IMG/VR virus record: IMGVR_UViG_3300020450_001021
Span: 1-64,000 of that record
From: a virus
Length of the DNA stretch: 64,000 bases
Reading direction: 5' to 3' (one strand)
Position 1 is the stretch's first letter; every line of letters starts with the position of its first letter. Position numbers and translations under genes: made by a program. Of the stretch, positions 16,355 to 26,259 are shown in pieces. Below the pieces are notes generated by a model, which ran no database searches, was not told the origin of the DNA, and saw only the letters and a program-made list of their open reading frames with translations.

Positions 16355-18665
16355 ACTCCTCTTCTGATTCTAGGTCTGCTAATAAAGATTCTACCTTGTT
16401 AGGTGTTTCTGGTACATTATCATGCCATCCAACTGTATGTGTTGGTTCTTCTATCTCATCACTCTTCATGTCATTTGTATTTTGATAGTAAGATGTCTTC
16501 CAACCATATTTGTATGTGGTTAAAAGATCTTGTGCCATTACACTGACTGGAACTTCATTGTTCTCATAGTTAACTGGATTATAACTCCAGTTTCCTGAGA
16601 TTGCTTGATCAAAAAATTTCTGCATAACAGCAACAACGTTAATGTATCCAGTATTACTAGGCATATTCCATAGTAATGTGTAATTTGATTTAAGAGATCC
16701 AAATGATGGAACTATTTGTTTAAGAGGTCCTTTCTTTGACTTCTTTATTGAGAGGTAATCTCTGGGCGGTTCAATGCCATTAGTTGCATTAGAGACAACG
16801 GATGAACTCTCGGAGGGCATTTGTGCAGATAAGGTACTGTGTCTGAGACCATGTTCAAGTATGGATGATCGCAAAGTTTCCCAATCGTAGTTAAGTTTGT
16901 TCGGTACAATGTCATCTACATCTTTTTTGTAAGTATCTATTGGTAATATACCATCTGAGTATTTGGTACGTGAGAAGTTTCCACATGCTCCTTTTTCTTT
17001 TGCAATGTTATTGCTTGTTTGTAGGAGATAGTATTGGAATGCTTCAGTTAAATCATGAACTGATTGCCATGCTTCTTGGTCATCATACTTGTGTCCATTC
17101 TTAGCAAGATAATGTGCTAACCCTATAAAACCTACCCCAAGTGATCTTCGGGTCTTTGTAGCGTGTTCTGCTGCAGCTACAGGGTATCTTTGATAGTCAA
17201 TCAACTCCTCTAAAGCACGTACAGATAAATCACATAGTTCTTTCATCTCATCTAATTTATTAATCTTACCTACATTGATAGCAGATAAAATACATAAAGC
17301 AATCTCACCGTTAGCATCATCTATATGATGTATAGGTTCAGTAGGTAAAGTAATCTCTTGACAAAGGTTACTCATATGTACTGGATCTTTAAAGGATGAG
17401 TGAGAGTTACAATGATCAATATTCATAATGTAAATACGACCTGTCTCTGCTCTCTCCTTTAATAAATCAAGAAATAATTCTTGACCACCTATTGTTTTTC
17501 TAGGTATTGATTTATCATTTTCATATTTTAAATATAGTTCATCAAAAGATTCTGATCCAAATGCATCATACAAACCTGGTACATCATGGGGAGAAAATAA
17601 ACTAATATCTTCTGCTGTCATAAATCTTTCATAAAACAATTTACTTATTTGTATACTGTAATCTAATTTTCTTACACGATTGTCCTCAGTTCCTTTATTA
17701 TTTTTAAGAACTATAATATCCTCTATCTCTTGGTGCCAGATGGGGAAGTGGACAGTCGCTGATCCACCTCTAATGCCATTCTGAGTGCAACATCTGACAG
17801 TTGCTTCAAACTTCTTGAGGAAAGGTACAACACCTGTGTGTTGAACTTCTCCACCTCTGATTTTGCTGTTGATACCCCTGATCCTACCTGCGTTGATACC
17901 GATGCCAGCCCTTTGAGCGACATACTTACCAATGGCCATATCACTACTAAAAATACTATCCAAGGTGTCGTCAATATCAACGAGAACACAAGACGCAAAC
18001 TGCCGAATGGGTGTTCGGACTCCTGCCATGATTGGTGTTGGGATGTTGATTTTGTGTCTTGAGATTGCGTCATAATAGCGTTTAATGTAGTTTATACGAT
18101 TATCAGTAGGATAGTTTTGAAAGATAGTTATTGCTATCAACATATACATGAACTGAGGAGTTTCATATATCTCCCCTGTACTTCTGTCTTGAACTAAGTA
18201 CTTATCAACAACTTGACGTAAACCTGCATAGGTAAACATAAAGTCACGTTCATGATCTAGGTACTCACCTAAATGTTCTATCTCTTTTTGAGTATAGTTA
18301 TCTAGTACTTCTGAATCATAGACCCCATCCTCTACACACTTGGTGATATGAGCAAAAAGTGTAGGGTGATCCCACTGAACACCGTACAATTGTTTTCTTA
18401 AAGAAAATAATAATAAACGTGCAGCAACAAACTGATAGTTTGGTGATTCAAGATCAATTAAATCTGAAGCAGATCTAACTAATATCTCTTGTATTTCTTT
18501 TGTAGTAATACCATCATATAACTGTAATCCAGATTGTATTTCAACCTGACTAGCAGAAACACCTGCAAGACCATCACATGCTTGCTCTACCATAACATGC
18601 ATTTTCTCTAGGTTTAATGGTTGTATTGATCCATTTCGTTTAACGACTTTAGTTCCGTTACTCAT
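16335..18665 (-). CDS. nrdA: class Ia ribonucleotide reductase alpha subunit
   Basis: ATP cone VVKRNG, FASCVL, SNLCQE, C-terminal CESC. Confidence 0.98.
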   Translation of the reverse strand: MSNGTKVVKRNGSIQPLNLEKMHVMVEQACDGLAGVSASQVEIQSGLQLYDGITTKEIQEILVRSASDLIDLESPNYQFVAARLLLFSLRKQLYGVQWDHPTLFAHITKCVEDGVYDSEVLDNYTQKEIEHLGEYLDHERDFMFTYAGLRQVVDKYLVQDRSTGEIYETPQFMYMLIAITIFQNYPTDNRINYIKRYYDAISRHKINIPTPIMAGVRTPIRQFASCVLVDIDDTLDSIFSSDMAIGKYVAQRAGIGINAGRIRGINSKIRGGEVQHTGVVPFLKKFEATVRCCTQNGIRGGSATVHFPIWHQEIEDIIVLKNNKGTEDNRVRKLDYSIQISKLFYERFMTAEDISLFSPHDVPGLYDAFGSESFDELYLKYENDKSIPRKTIGGQELFLDLLKERAETGRIYIMNIDHCNSHSSFKDPVHMSNLCQEITLPTEPIHHIDDANGEIALCILSAINVGKINKLDEMKELCDLSVRALEELIDYQRYPVAAAEHATKTRRSLGVGFIGLAHYLAKNGHKYDDQEAWQSVHDLTEAFQYYLLQTSNNIAKEKGACGNFSRTKYSDGILPIDTYKKDVDDIVPNKLNYDWETLRSSILEHGLRHSTLSAQMPSESSSVVSNATNGIEPPRDYLSIKKSKKGPLKQIVPSFGSLKSNYTLLWNMPSNTGYINVVAVMQKFFDQAISGNWSYNPVNYENNEVPVSVMAQDLLTTYKYGWKTSYYQNTNDMKSDEIEEPTHTVGWHDNVPETPNKVESLLADLESEEECESCAI

Positions 18666-19654
18666 ACTTTTTTCCAGTCCTTTAATTTAAGAGTTGCTTC
18701 TAATTTTTTATAGGTATTTGATTCTAGCAGATTTTTAACATTATGTCCACTAAGAACCATATCGTTTATGTCCTTTTGCTGAACATACTTTGGCCATATA
18801 ATTACCTGATCTCCTCGATCAATGGTTCTCTCGATTCTGTTAACGATTTCTCTGTTACGAGGTTCGTTATCATAAACCCAAATATAATTGCTCCAACCAA
18901 ACGACCTAGGATCAAGGTCGCTCCCACACATCGCCACGGAATTTTCCACGAAGAGGGAGTCAAAAGGACCTTCGATAATATAAATCGGTTTGTTTTCATT
19001 AACTTTATTTAATCCATATATTTTGGGTTTGTCTTCATCTAACATCACAGTAATATAACGTAATGATGAAGGACCTAATGCTCTGCCCTGATAACCAAAG
19101 ACACCATCCTTATCTTTCAAAGGAATAATTATTCTTGACTCATCAAATCTAGTGTCAGTAAAAGTTTTCTTTTGCTGATTAGTCCACTCTTTAAATTTTG
19201 GGCAGAAGTATAACTCTCTGAAAGAAGTGCTTGGTAATTGGCGGTTAGCAAGCATCTTTCTAGCAGGATGTGTAGTATTTAGATCAGAGATTTTCTCTAG
19301 ATTTGAAAACAAATCTTTCTTAAAAGATGGTTTCTCAAACTTCAAATCAGGCAAAGGGATCTTGGTTCCTTTACCTGTATTTCCCTCTCTATATGCTTCT
19401 AACACATACTCGCCATAGAGATCTGGATCTTGATCTTTTAAAAAATTAGACAAGGTTCTACCAACACCACAGTTGTGGCATTTGTATATGAACGATCCTT
19501 TATGGCGATAAAAATAACCCCTTGCTCGATTCTTGTTCTTCTGAGAATCGCCACAATAGGGGCATCTAAAATTGAATAAATTTTCGTTCTTTCTTGTAAA
19601 CTTTTCTAGTTTTCCTGATACTAAAGAAATGTATTTGGAATCAACGTAGATCAT
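18662..19654 (-). CDS. DNA primase (T4 gp61-like)
   Basis: CPYCGDS...CHNC zinc domain; TOPRIM IIEGPFDSLF. Confidence 0.95.
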   Translation of the reverse strand: MIYVDSKYISLVSGKLEKFTRKNENLFNFRCPYCGDSQKNKNRARGYFYRHKGSFIYKCHNCGVGRTLSNFLKDQDPDLYGEYVLEAYREGNTGKGTKIPLPDLKFEKPSFKKDLFSNLEKISDLNTTHPARKMLANRQLPSTSFRELYFCPKFKEWTNQQKKTFTDTRFDESRIIIPLKDKDGVFGYQGRALGPSSLRYITVMLDEDKPKIYGLNKVNENKPIYIIEGPFDSLFVENSVAMCGSDLDPRSFGWSNYIWVYDNEPRNREIVNRIERTIDRGDQVIIWPKYVQQKDINDMVLSGHNVKNLLESNTYKKLEATLKLKDWKKV

Positions 19655-20048
19655 GAACTGCAAGCTCTAAGCTTCGTTCAATCATAGCAGTGTTTGATCC
19701 ATTTGTCAACATAGGTTTTATAATTCTTTGTCCGACTGGAGACACGAGGAAAGATATAATAGAAAGAGCACCAAATATGCTCCACATTTTCTTTTCCATG
19801 ACTCGGAGACGGTCATCGACTTTACGTATGTCTCTTTCACAACCTTTCTTTATCTCCTCTGCTCTACGGTTTACTTCACGGTGTACGCTATCTACCTTTT
19901 CAAATAAAATATCATCAATACGATCTTGCTTATCTAACTTCTCATTATGAACAGCAAGAAGTTGTCCCATCTTTACAGAGTTTTCCTGTAAGGTTGAGAC
20001 AACTTTCTCTAATCTTTCTAGTATTGCTGTGTTAATATCAGACATCAC
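19641..20048 (-). CDS. coiled-coil protein with C-terminal TM segment
   Basis: LLAVHNEKL; hydrophobic segment near the C-terminus. Confidence 0.75.
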   Translation of the reverse strand: MMSDINTAILERLEKVVSTLQENSVKMGQLLAVHNEKLDKQDRIDDILFEKVDSVHREVNRRAEEIKKGCERDIRKVDDRLRVMEKKMWSIFGALSIISFLVSPVGQRIIKPMLTNGSNTAMIERSLELAVHDLR

Positions 20049-20676
20049 CTATAAATTTATTAAGGATTTCAATACCATTTTCTTCACCAAGTATGTATAA
20101 CATTTGTTTTTGATTTTCTTCACTAAGTTCCATCCATGTAAATAACATTGCTTCCTGTTCTTCTTGTTTCAACTCTTTAAATCTATCATTGATTTGAGAG
20201 AATGTTGATTGCCAATCAAAACTTTCATTTTTGTCTTTTTTGTTTATATCTTTAGAGATCTTCTTTTGACGATCACCTGCTTTTCTTTGATAGTCCTTTG
20301 CTTTTGCTTTGGATAACTGTTGAATCTCTTGCTTACGATTAGCAGCACGTTTCTCACGCTCTTGCTTCTTATTCATCTTACGTTTCTGTTGGATGAAACG
20401 CATAGTAGCACTCACCTCATTGCTTCCACCACCTGATCCAGTTTTTTCGTCGGATGAGTATTCTTTGATAGTAGTTTGGTTTTCCATAGTTTGTTCTTTG
20501 ATCCTAGAGTTTCTTATCCTCTGAAATATATCTATACCCATTTTATTTTTCCTCTTCTTCTTACGAACAGGAGGTTCGTCTGGGGGTAGTCCAGCAATTG
20601 CACCAGAACTGGCACTATTAGTAGGCACCTCTTCAATCACAACGTGACCATTCTTTTTAAGAGTGAGAACCTTCAT
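20038..20676 (-). CDS. hypothetical, possibly an internal virion protein
   Basis: EEVPTN..SSGAIAGLPPDEPPV motif; basic tracts. Confidence 0.7.
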   Translation of the reverse strand: MKVLTLKKNGHVVIEEVPTNSASSGAIAGLPPDEPPVRKKKRKNKMGIDIFQRIRNSRIKEQTMENQTTIKEYSSDEKTGSGGGSNEVSATMRFIQQKRKMNKKQEREKRAANRKQEIQQLSKAKAKDYQRKAGDRQKKISKDINKKDKNESFDWQSTFSQINDRFKELKQEEQEAMLFTWMELSEENQKQMLYILGEENGIEILNKFIGDV

Positions 20677-21035
20677 AACTTTTGCAGTTCAGATAAACAG
20701 TATTGATCTACCATGACGGTATCCTTAGCATACTCTGGGTATCTACTCATGTATAGCATGAATGCTTTTAGTATAGACCAGTACTCAGATGATATTTTGT
20801 AAAATAATAAAGGGGTAGCCGCTTCACCAAAAACATTGTATATGATGATTAAGTGATTCAGTATCAAGTGAAGTTTTAATACTCCACTATTTAAATACGT
20901 CTTCAACAATCTCTTAAGATATTTAAATCGTTTGAGATCATCATAGAAATCCTCCTTCGTTACCGCTTGAGGATTATTATAATGTTTTATAGCAAAGAAT
21001 AGATAATTGTCTTCATTCAATTCATCAAATTTCAT
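20673..21035 (-). CDS. conserved T4-like hypothetical protein
   Basis: FAIKHYNNP...F.DDLKRFKYLKRLL...LILNHLI. Confidence 0.85.
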   Translation of the reverse strand: MKFDELNEDNYLFFAIKHYNNPQAVTKEDFYDDLKRFKYLKRLLKTYLNSGVLKLHLILNHLIIIYNVFGEAATPLLFYKISSEYWSILKAFMLYMSRYPEYAKDTVMVDQYCLSELQKL

Positions 21036-21042
21036 TTACATA

Positions 21043-21630
21043 TTAAGCGATACTTAGTGTTTTGTCTGTGCCAGAACCACCTGCTCCACGTACGTCGCCA
21101 GTAGCGATAGTAACGTCAGCAACTTGTGCTCCTTTATCTTTGATAGTAGAACTACCTGCTAGAGTAATGGATTGTGCTCCAATACTTAGAGTTTCTGTTT
21201 GTGATGGAACAGTGAAATCAAACTCTAAACGGTTTAATCCTGTACCACGTGCATAGGTTGCAGTAACTGCACCTGTTGTAGATCCTGTAACAACCAGTGT
21301 AGGGTTGGAAACAGCAACATCAACAAGTTCGTTATATACCACAACAACAGTACCAGTGTCACCTTGTGAAAGAGATTCTTGCTCAAAGAATACTCCAGTA
21401 ATATTTGCAGCACCAAGACCTTCAGTAGTTGATGCACCACCTGCTAGACCACCAATAGAAACTAAGATTTCATCCCAGAATCTTGCAGTGTTTTTGTCGC
21501 TACCTTTGTAGTGACGTAGAACCCATCCTTGCTCAGTTGCAAAGCAATCCTCAGCAAGACCGTTCTTATTTACGTTGTCGAGATATTTGGGTTTCGACTC
21601 GTCTGATGTAGTTTTTCCCCAGAGAGGCAT
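21043..21630 (-). CDS. probable virion structural protein
   Basis: MPLWGKT..DESKPK N-terminus; beta-rich; TATAAATA late promoter at 21670-21677. Confidence 0.7.
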   Translation of the reverse strand: MPLWGKTTSDESKPKYLDNVNKNGLAEDCFATEQGWVLRHYKGSDKNTARFWDEILVSIGGLAGGASTTEGLGAANITGVFFEQESLSQGDTGTVVVVYNELVDVAVSNPTLVVTGSTTGAVTATYARGTGLNRLEFDFTVPSQTETLSIGAQSITLAGSSTIKDKGAQVADVTIATGDVRGAGGSGTDKTLSIA

Positions 21631-21669
21631 TGATTTACTCCGTAATTATACAAAATTAATTTCTGTAGA

Positions 21670-21701
21670 TATTTATAAAAAATAGGAGGGTCACCCCTCC
21701 T
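21670..21701 (-). terminator. intrinsic terminator adjoining a late promoter
   Basis: AGGAGGG/CCCTCCT stem, T run, then TATAAATA. Confidence 0.75.
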
Positions 21702-21712
21702 GTTGCTAGTAA

Positions 21713-21907
21713 CTAGCGTGTTTTTAATGCACCTTTAACTGCTTCTAATAGTTTATCATCTGCGGTAGTTTTGGTCAACTTAACTGCCTTCTCCAGAACT
21801 ATGATACAAATGTCGATGAGTTTCTCACCTAACTCTGCGTCATCTGGAATCTTATTTACTGCATCTGATACTATTTTTTTAGCAAAAGGTAATAGAAATG
21901 ATAACAT
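21713..21907 (-). CDS. conserved hypothetical protein
   Basis: LLPFAKKI...KAVKLTKTT.DDKLLE. Confidence 0.8.
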   Translation of the reverse strand: MLSFLLPFAKKIVSDAVNKIPDDAELGEKLIDICIIVLEKAVKLTKTTADDKLLEAVKGALKTR

Positions 21908-21929
21908 GATCTAAAAAATAAAGTCATTT

Positions 21930-23096
21930 CTATTTATAACCCATTTTCTTTTTTTTCTTTCCGTACCCTTCATACATCTTTTCCACTCTCTCTTTGTAAC
22001 GTGCTCTAAGTTCATCCAAATGATCTCTTAGTTGCTCATTAACTCCGTCAGCATATTTCATACCTTTCTGCTTTTTCTTTTGATGTACGTGTCCTGTATC
22101 AACCTTATCAACCTTTTCCTCTTCCTTAACACAGTTTGGTACTTCTTTACCACCTTTTTTCTTTGTACCTTTTGCTTTGTACCCATCCCAACAAGTAGAT
22201 GCACCAACGTTTTTACGTGCTTGTTTTAAACCCTCTACATTAAGTGTCTTAGGATAGTCCTTGTCACCTTTCTTTGCAGGTTTCTCTCCTCTCTTTCTCT
22301 TTGCATGGATATTATCCCAGAGACCTTTCTTACCTTCTTCTACATTAGATGGTGTACCGTCACCATGCTCAAGTACTTTACCATCTTCATCTTTCTGATG
22401 ATGTTCTTTCTTAAGACCTTTCTTCTTTGCCATCGCTTTTTTGATAGCTTTATCTCTGGATCCAAAATACTCATCCTTACCAGATTCTATTTTACCATCA
22501 CCATCATGGTCTTTGGTTGCCATTTTTTCATCAAGAACTTCTTCCTTAACTGCTTTATTAGCACCTTTAAGTTTCTTGTTCTTGTCAAATACCTGATCCA
22601 TAGGGTCAGTATTGTCTTTAATTTGTGGTGAAACTTCCACAAACTTAGATGTTTTCTCTGATAATTCAGATCTCCAATTTGAATACATTTTTTCTTCGGT
22701 ACTCCTATGATTATTATTTAGCATTTCTTCAATGCCTTTGTCTTTGTCAGTTTTTGGTATATAATTACCCTCTTTCCACATGTCATACTCAGATCCACGT
22801 GCCATATCTTTAGTAAATTGTCTGAATCTATCAGTTCCTACTAGACGATGTTTTGCACTTCTACCTTGACCTTTACCTAGTCCATTATATTTATTAGCAA
22901 TGTTTACTTCAGTAATGTCTTGTGCCCATGCTCTAAACATATCACCATCATCAGTGACAGCAATAACATAATTAGGACCACGACGATGAACTTTACCTAC
23001 CTTATCTCCATATTGGACATAAGATCCTTCTTCAAATAGATTTCCGTGTCTATAATGAGTACGTTTTGCCTCACTATTAAAGTTAGAAAATTTCAA
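21930..23096 (-). CDS. modular basic protein, probable internal head protein
   Basis: N-terminal GKVHRRGPNYVI domain, then short modules (KDHDGDGKIES, GLWDNIHAKRKR, CWDGYKAKGTKKKGGKEVPNCV) separated by hydrophobic-x-E linkers. Confidence 0.65.
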   Translation of the reverse strand: MKFSNFNSEAKRTHYRHGNLFEEGSYVQYGDKVGKVHRRGPNYVIAVTDDGDMFRAWAQDITEVNIANKYNGLGKGQGRSAKHRLVGTDRFRQFTKDMARGSEYDMWKEGNYIPKTDKDKGIEEMLNNNHRSTEEKMYSNWRSELSEKTSKFVEVSPQIKDNTDPMDQVFDKNKKLKGANKAVKEEVLDEKMATKDHDGDGKIESGKDEYFGSRDKAIKKAMAKKKGLKKEHHQKDEDGKVLEHGDGTPSNVEEGKKGLWDNIHAKRKRGEKPAKKGDKDYPKTLNVEGLKQARKNVGASTCWDGYKAKGTKKKGGKEVPNCVKEEEKVDKVDTGHVHQKKKQKGMKYADGVNEQLRDHLDELRARYKERVEKMYEGYGKKKKKMGYK

Positions 23097-24229
23097 ATTT
23101 CTTGATTATTCCTTCCCTCTATATATGCTTCTGGAAATATACCACCCCTGACACCACTTACGGTATCAGTCATGTATCTTACTGATCTGGTAGATTCTCC
23201 TCTTCTAGCACCAAGAACAGGTCTATAACCTGTCCTATCTAATTGATTAATATTATTTCTATGTACGTTTTTACTATTAAATGATATGATTAGTAATGCT
23301 CTACTACTTACATTTTTCTTTGGTCTTGTTCTAGAGATAGTAACATTACCTTGCATGAAGTGAGTACAACTATTATGCCCTACATTACCACTATCATAAT
23401 CAGGACCAAATATTGCTTTACTTTTTAATTCTTTCTTGTCAATTTTTCTTGAGAAGGATTGATTTTTAAAGTCATCTGTATTTTTACTAGCAATTACTTT
23501 TCTAAAATCTTCTACTTCTGAATCATTATGTATGTTACTACCTGCAGCAATTGATATACCAGAGTATTGTTGAAACTGTTTAGGACTAGTACCTTTTTTA
23601 TGTGATATAAAACATAGTTCATTTAGATCTTTATCTATACCAACAAAATCTGCATGCTTTCCAGTTTCACCTGGTATAAATCCAATAATATTTTTATAAA
23701 CATTGTTTGGTTTAAGAATAATATCTACTGGTGATTCGTTTCCTAATTTGTATATGTTTTGATTGATATGATATAGTATACCATGCTCTTCAGATGTATC
23801 TGGTGATCTATTTTTATATCTTTTTGACCATTTTTTCTCATCCATTAATGGATTAGTATATCGTAAAGATCTAAATGCATTAATGTTTTTATATTTTACT
23901 ATAATATAGTATGTTATCTTATCCTTAGTAAATTGTACATGTCCCATACCAGATAAATTACTATTAACTAGGTGTTTAGGATTCATTTTTGATTTAGAAA
24001 GAGCAGTATATATCTGTTGCATCAAATCATATCTACTAGAATTAGATACAAATTTAAAAGTAATTGTAGTTTTATATTCTTTTTTATTATACTTCTTAGA
24101 TGTCCCTTTATTATAGTAAATAGTATACTCTCTTGCAGGTAACTTACTATTAAAAACACTCCGAACCTCATCAATAGAAGAGTTCAAAGTGTTTATTTTT
24201 TCTTCAGTTTTTTTGGTAGCAGTTACCAT
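23093..24229 (-). CDS. hypothetical protein, putative PD-(D/E)xK-type nuclease
   Basis: E...KHADF...ISHK pattern; very basic. Confidence 0.5.
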   Translation of the reverse strand: MVTATKKTEEKINTLNSSIDEVRSVFNSKLPAREYTIYYNKGTSKKYNKKEYKTTITFKFVSNSSRYDLMQQIYTALSKSKMNPKHLVNSNLSGMGHVQFTKDKITYYIIVKYKNINAFRSLRYTNPLMDEKKWSKRYKNRSPDTSEEHGILYHINQNIYKLGNESPVDIILKPNNVYKNIIGFIPGETGKHADFVGIDKDLNELCFISHKKGTSPKQFQQYSGISIAAGSNIHNDSEVEDFRKVIASKNTDDFKNQSFSRKIDKKELKSKAIFGPDYDSGNVGHNSCTHFMQGNVTISRTRPKKNVSSRALLIISFNSKNVHRNNINQLDRTGYRPVLGARRGESTRSVRYMTDTVSGVRGGIFPEAYIEGRNNQEI

Positions 24230-24245
24230 GACCTTTTATTTTTAT

Positions 24246-24458
24246 TTATCTTCGGATCTCTCCTCCTTCATGTCCATGTGCAATACCAAGTTCATGCATT
24301 CTAGCATGTTCTTTTATTTGATCCTTAAGATCTTTACCACCTCTACCAAAGGTAGTGTAGATACCATACCCTAGAAGTGCAAGCACACATACTCCTATGA
24401 ATACTAAGAAGGCAGCACCCCCTTGTAAATTAGCATGTGGTATTAATGTCATTAACAT
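24246..24458 (-). CDS. psbN: PsbN-like membrane protein with His-rich tail
   Basis: TM helix plus GYGIYTTFG..GKDL.D...EH, resembling PsbN GY.IY.AFG..S..LRDPFEEH. Confidence 0.6.
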   Translation of the reverse strand: MLMTLIPHANLQGGAAFLVFIGVCVLALLGYGIYTTFGRGGKDLKDQIKEHARMHELGIAHGHEGGEIRR

Positions 24459-24862
24459 TAGCGGTCACCTCTCTTTCTTTTCTCTGATTTATCTATAGAA
24501 AAACTACCACCAGGATATCTTTTCTCTAGTTTTTTAACATTGCCTTTTACTACATCATCAAACTCTACTTCTAATGCAATACACGCTTGTGCTACGTACC
24601 ACATAACGTCACCCAACTCAATAATAAGATGTTCTCTATTGTCGTTGTTCCAAGGTTTGCCTTGAAATACCATCTTCTTAACGATCTCCAAAAACTCACC
24701 ACTTTCAGCAGCAAGACCAACACCAGCAGTGGTAAGACGTTCAATATTGGCACCTTGTCTGTCAAGATCACCCAAACGTTCAGCAAGATCGACAAAATTC
24801 TTACTGGAATCGGATGTGACACCATCCACGAATAGAAGATACTTATCAAAATCTATTGTCAT
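24458..24862 (-). CDS. mazG: MazG nucleoside triphosphate pyrophosphohydrolase
   Basis: GLAAESGEFLEIVKK, ELGDVMWY, KLEKRYP. Confidence 0.95.
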   Translation of the reverse strand: MTIDFDKYLLFVDGVTSDSSKNFVDLAERLGDLDRQGANIERLTTAGVGLAAESGEFLEIVKKMVFQGKPWNNDNREHLIIELGDVMWYVAQACIALEVEFDDVVKGNVKKLEKRYPGGSFSIDKSEKRKRGDR

Positions 24863-26259
24863 ACTTTTAAGTTTTTAAACTTTTGAAATTTAGATAGAAT
24901 ACTCGGTTTAACTTCATCAGAACTAACCTTTGTAATAACTGTTGTACTAATAGGTTGTTCTATGATGTCATCTTGAGCACTTTGTTCTACATCATACAGC
25001 TTCATTTTAGATCTGTCAACCCCTACAGCAAAACGTTTATTCATAGTAGGATCGTTGTATCTATTCTTTAACTGTTTGACTAAAATTTGTCCTAGTTGTT
25101 CTGATTCCTCAGTAGAAATAAGAGCGAACATAAAATCAGCAGTTGCAGGAAGACCAAATGATTCAGAGGTATCGGTAAGATCAACATCACTACTACCGTA
25201 ACCACTACGAGTAGTTTGAGTTGCACTAATAATCGGAACATTCGTCTCGACAGCGAGACCTCGAAGTTCTTCAGCAATTGCTTTAACATAAGTATAGGAG
25301 TTAACAACAGCACCTTTAAATCTTTGTGATGCACAGATATTTAGATAGTCAACGAATATAAGATCAGGTTTAAAACTTGTTTTTAATGTTAGTTCATTTA
25401 GTAATGCCTTAAAATGTCCTACATGTGCAGATGCAGTAGGGTATTCTTTAATGATTAACTTTCCTTGTGTTTTTTTCATTAACTTATTTACCTTACTCTC
25501 AAATATTTGCTTAGGTAAATCAGCAATCTCTTGTATATTAACACCCAATAAGTTAGCATCTATTCTCTCTGCAATCTTTTCTTCAGACATTTCACAAGTA
25601 ATATACAATACATTCTTACCTTGTAGTAATGTTGCTGCAGCAACGTGACACATGAATAAAGATTTACCAACACCTGTACCTGCAAGTGCTACATTCAATG
25701 TTTTATTTGATAATCCACCCTTAGTAATCTTATTGAACATAGTAAGATCAAAAGGTATCTTCTCTTCTATTTTATTATAGAATTCAAATCTTTCTTTATA
25801 GTTAGAAAAGTAATCATGACCTATACGATTATCAAATGAAACAGCAATAGCATCTGAAAGTATAGATGGTATAGCACCTTTATCTTTTTTAGGATCTTTA
25901 CCATCTGCTATTTGTATACTCTCTAATAATGACAGATATATTGCTCTATTTCTACACCATTCTTCTGTAGAATCTACTAACCATTTTTGATCTAGTTTTT
26001 CATTAGTAACTTTATCAATAGATTCAAGAGAAGATTTAAACTGTTGATCAGTTAAACTACTACTGTTCTGTAAATCAATTGCTAATGATTCTTTAGTAGG
26101 ACATTTCTCATACTTATCAATAAAATTTGATATCAATCCAAATAATAATTTATTAGGTTCTTCTTCAAAGTATTCTTTCTTTAGATATGGAAATGCCTGA
26201 CGACGAAATTGATCATTCGTCACCAAGTTATTCAATATTGTAAATTCAAGTGAGTTCAT
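24859..26259 (-). CDS. replicative DNA helicase (T4 gp41-like)
   Basis: AGTGVGKS, VDYLNI, SATQTTR, QLKNRY. Confidence 0.97.
   Translation of the reverse strand: MNSLEFTILNNLVTNDQFRRQAFPYLKKEYFEEEPNKLLFGLISNFIDKYEKCPTKESLAIDLQNSSSLTDQQFKSSLESIDKVTNEKLDQKWLVDSTEEWCRNRAIYLSLLESIQIADGKDPKKDKGAIPSILSDAIAVSFDNRIGHDYFSNYKERFEFYNKIEEKIPFDLTMFNKITKGGLSNKTLNVALAGTGVGKSLFMCHVAAATLLQGKNVLYITCEMSEEKIAERIDANLLGVNIQEIADLPKQIFESKVNKLMKKTQGKLIIKEYPTASAHVGHFKALLNELTLKTSFKPDLIFVDYLNICASQRFKGAVVNSYTYVKAIAEELRGLAVETNVPIISATQTTRSGYGSSDVDLTDTSESFGLPATADFMFALISTEESEQLGQILVKQLKNRYNDPTMNKRFAVGVDRSKMKLYDVEQSAQDDIIEQPISTTVITKVSSDEVKPSILSKFQKFKNLKV

Noticed and set aside
15194-18665. Possible introns or inteins in nrdA/nrdB (also checked psbA, gp43, gp41 and the visible part of gp17)
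   Set aside because: ORFs are continuous, of normal length and lack splice motifs
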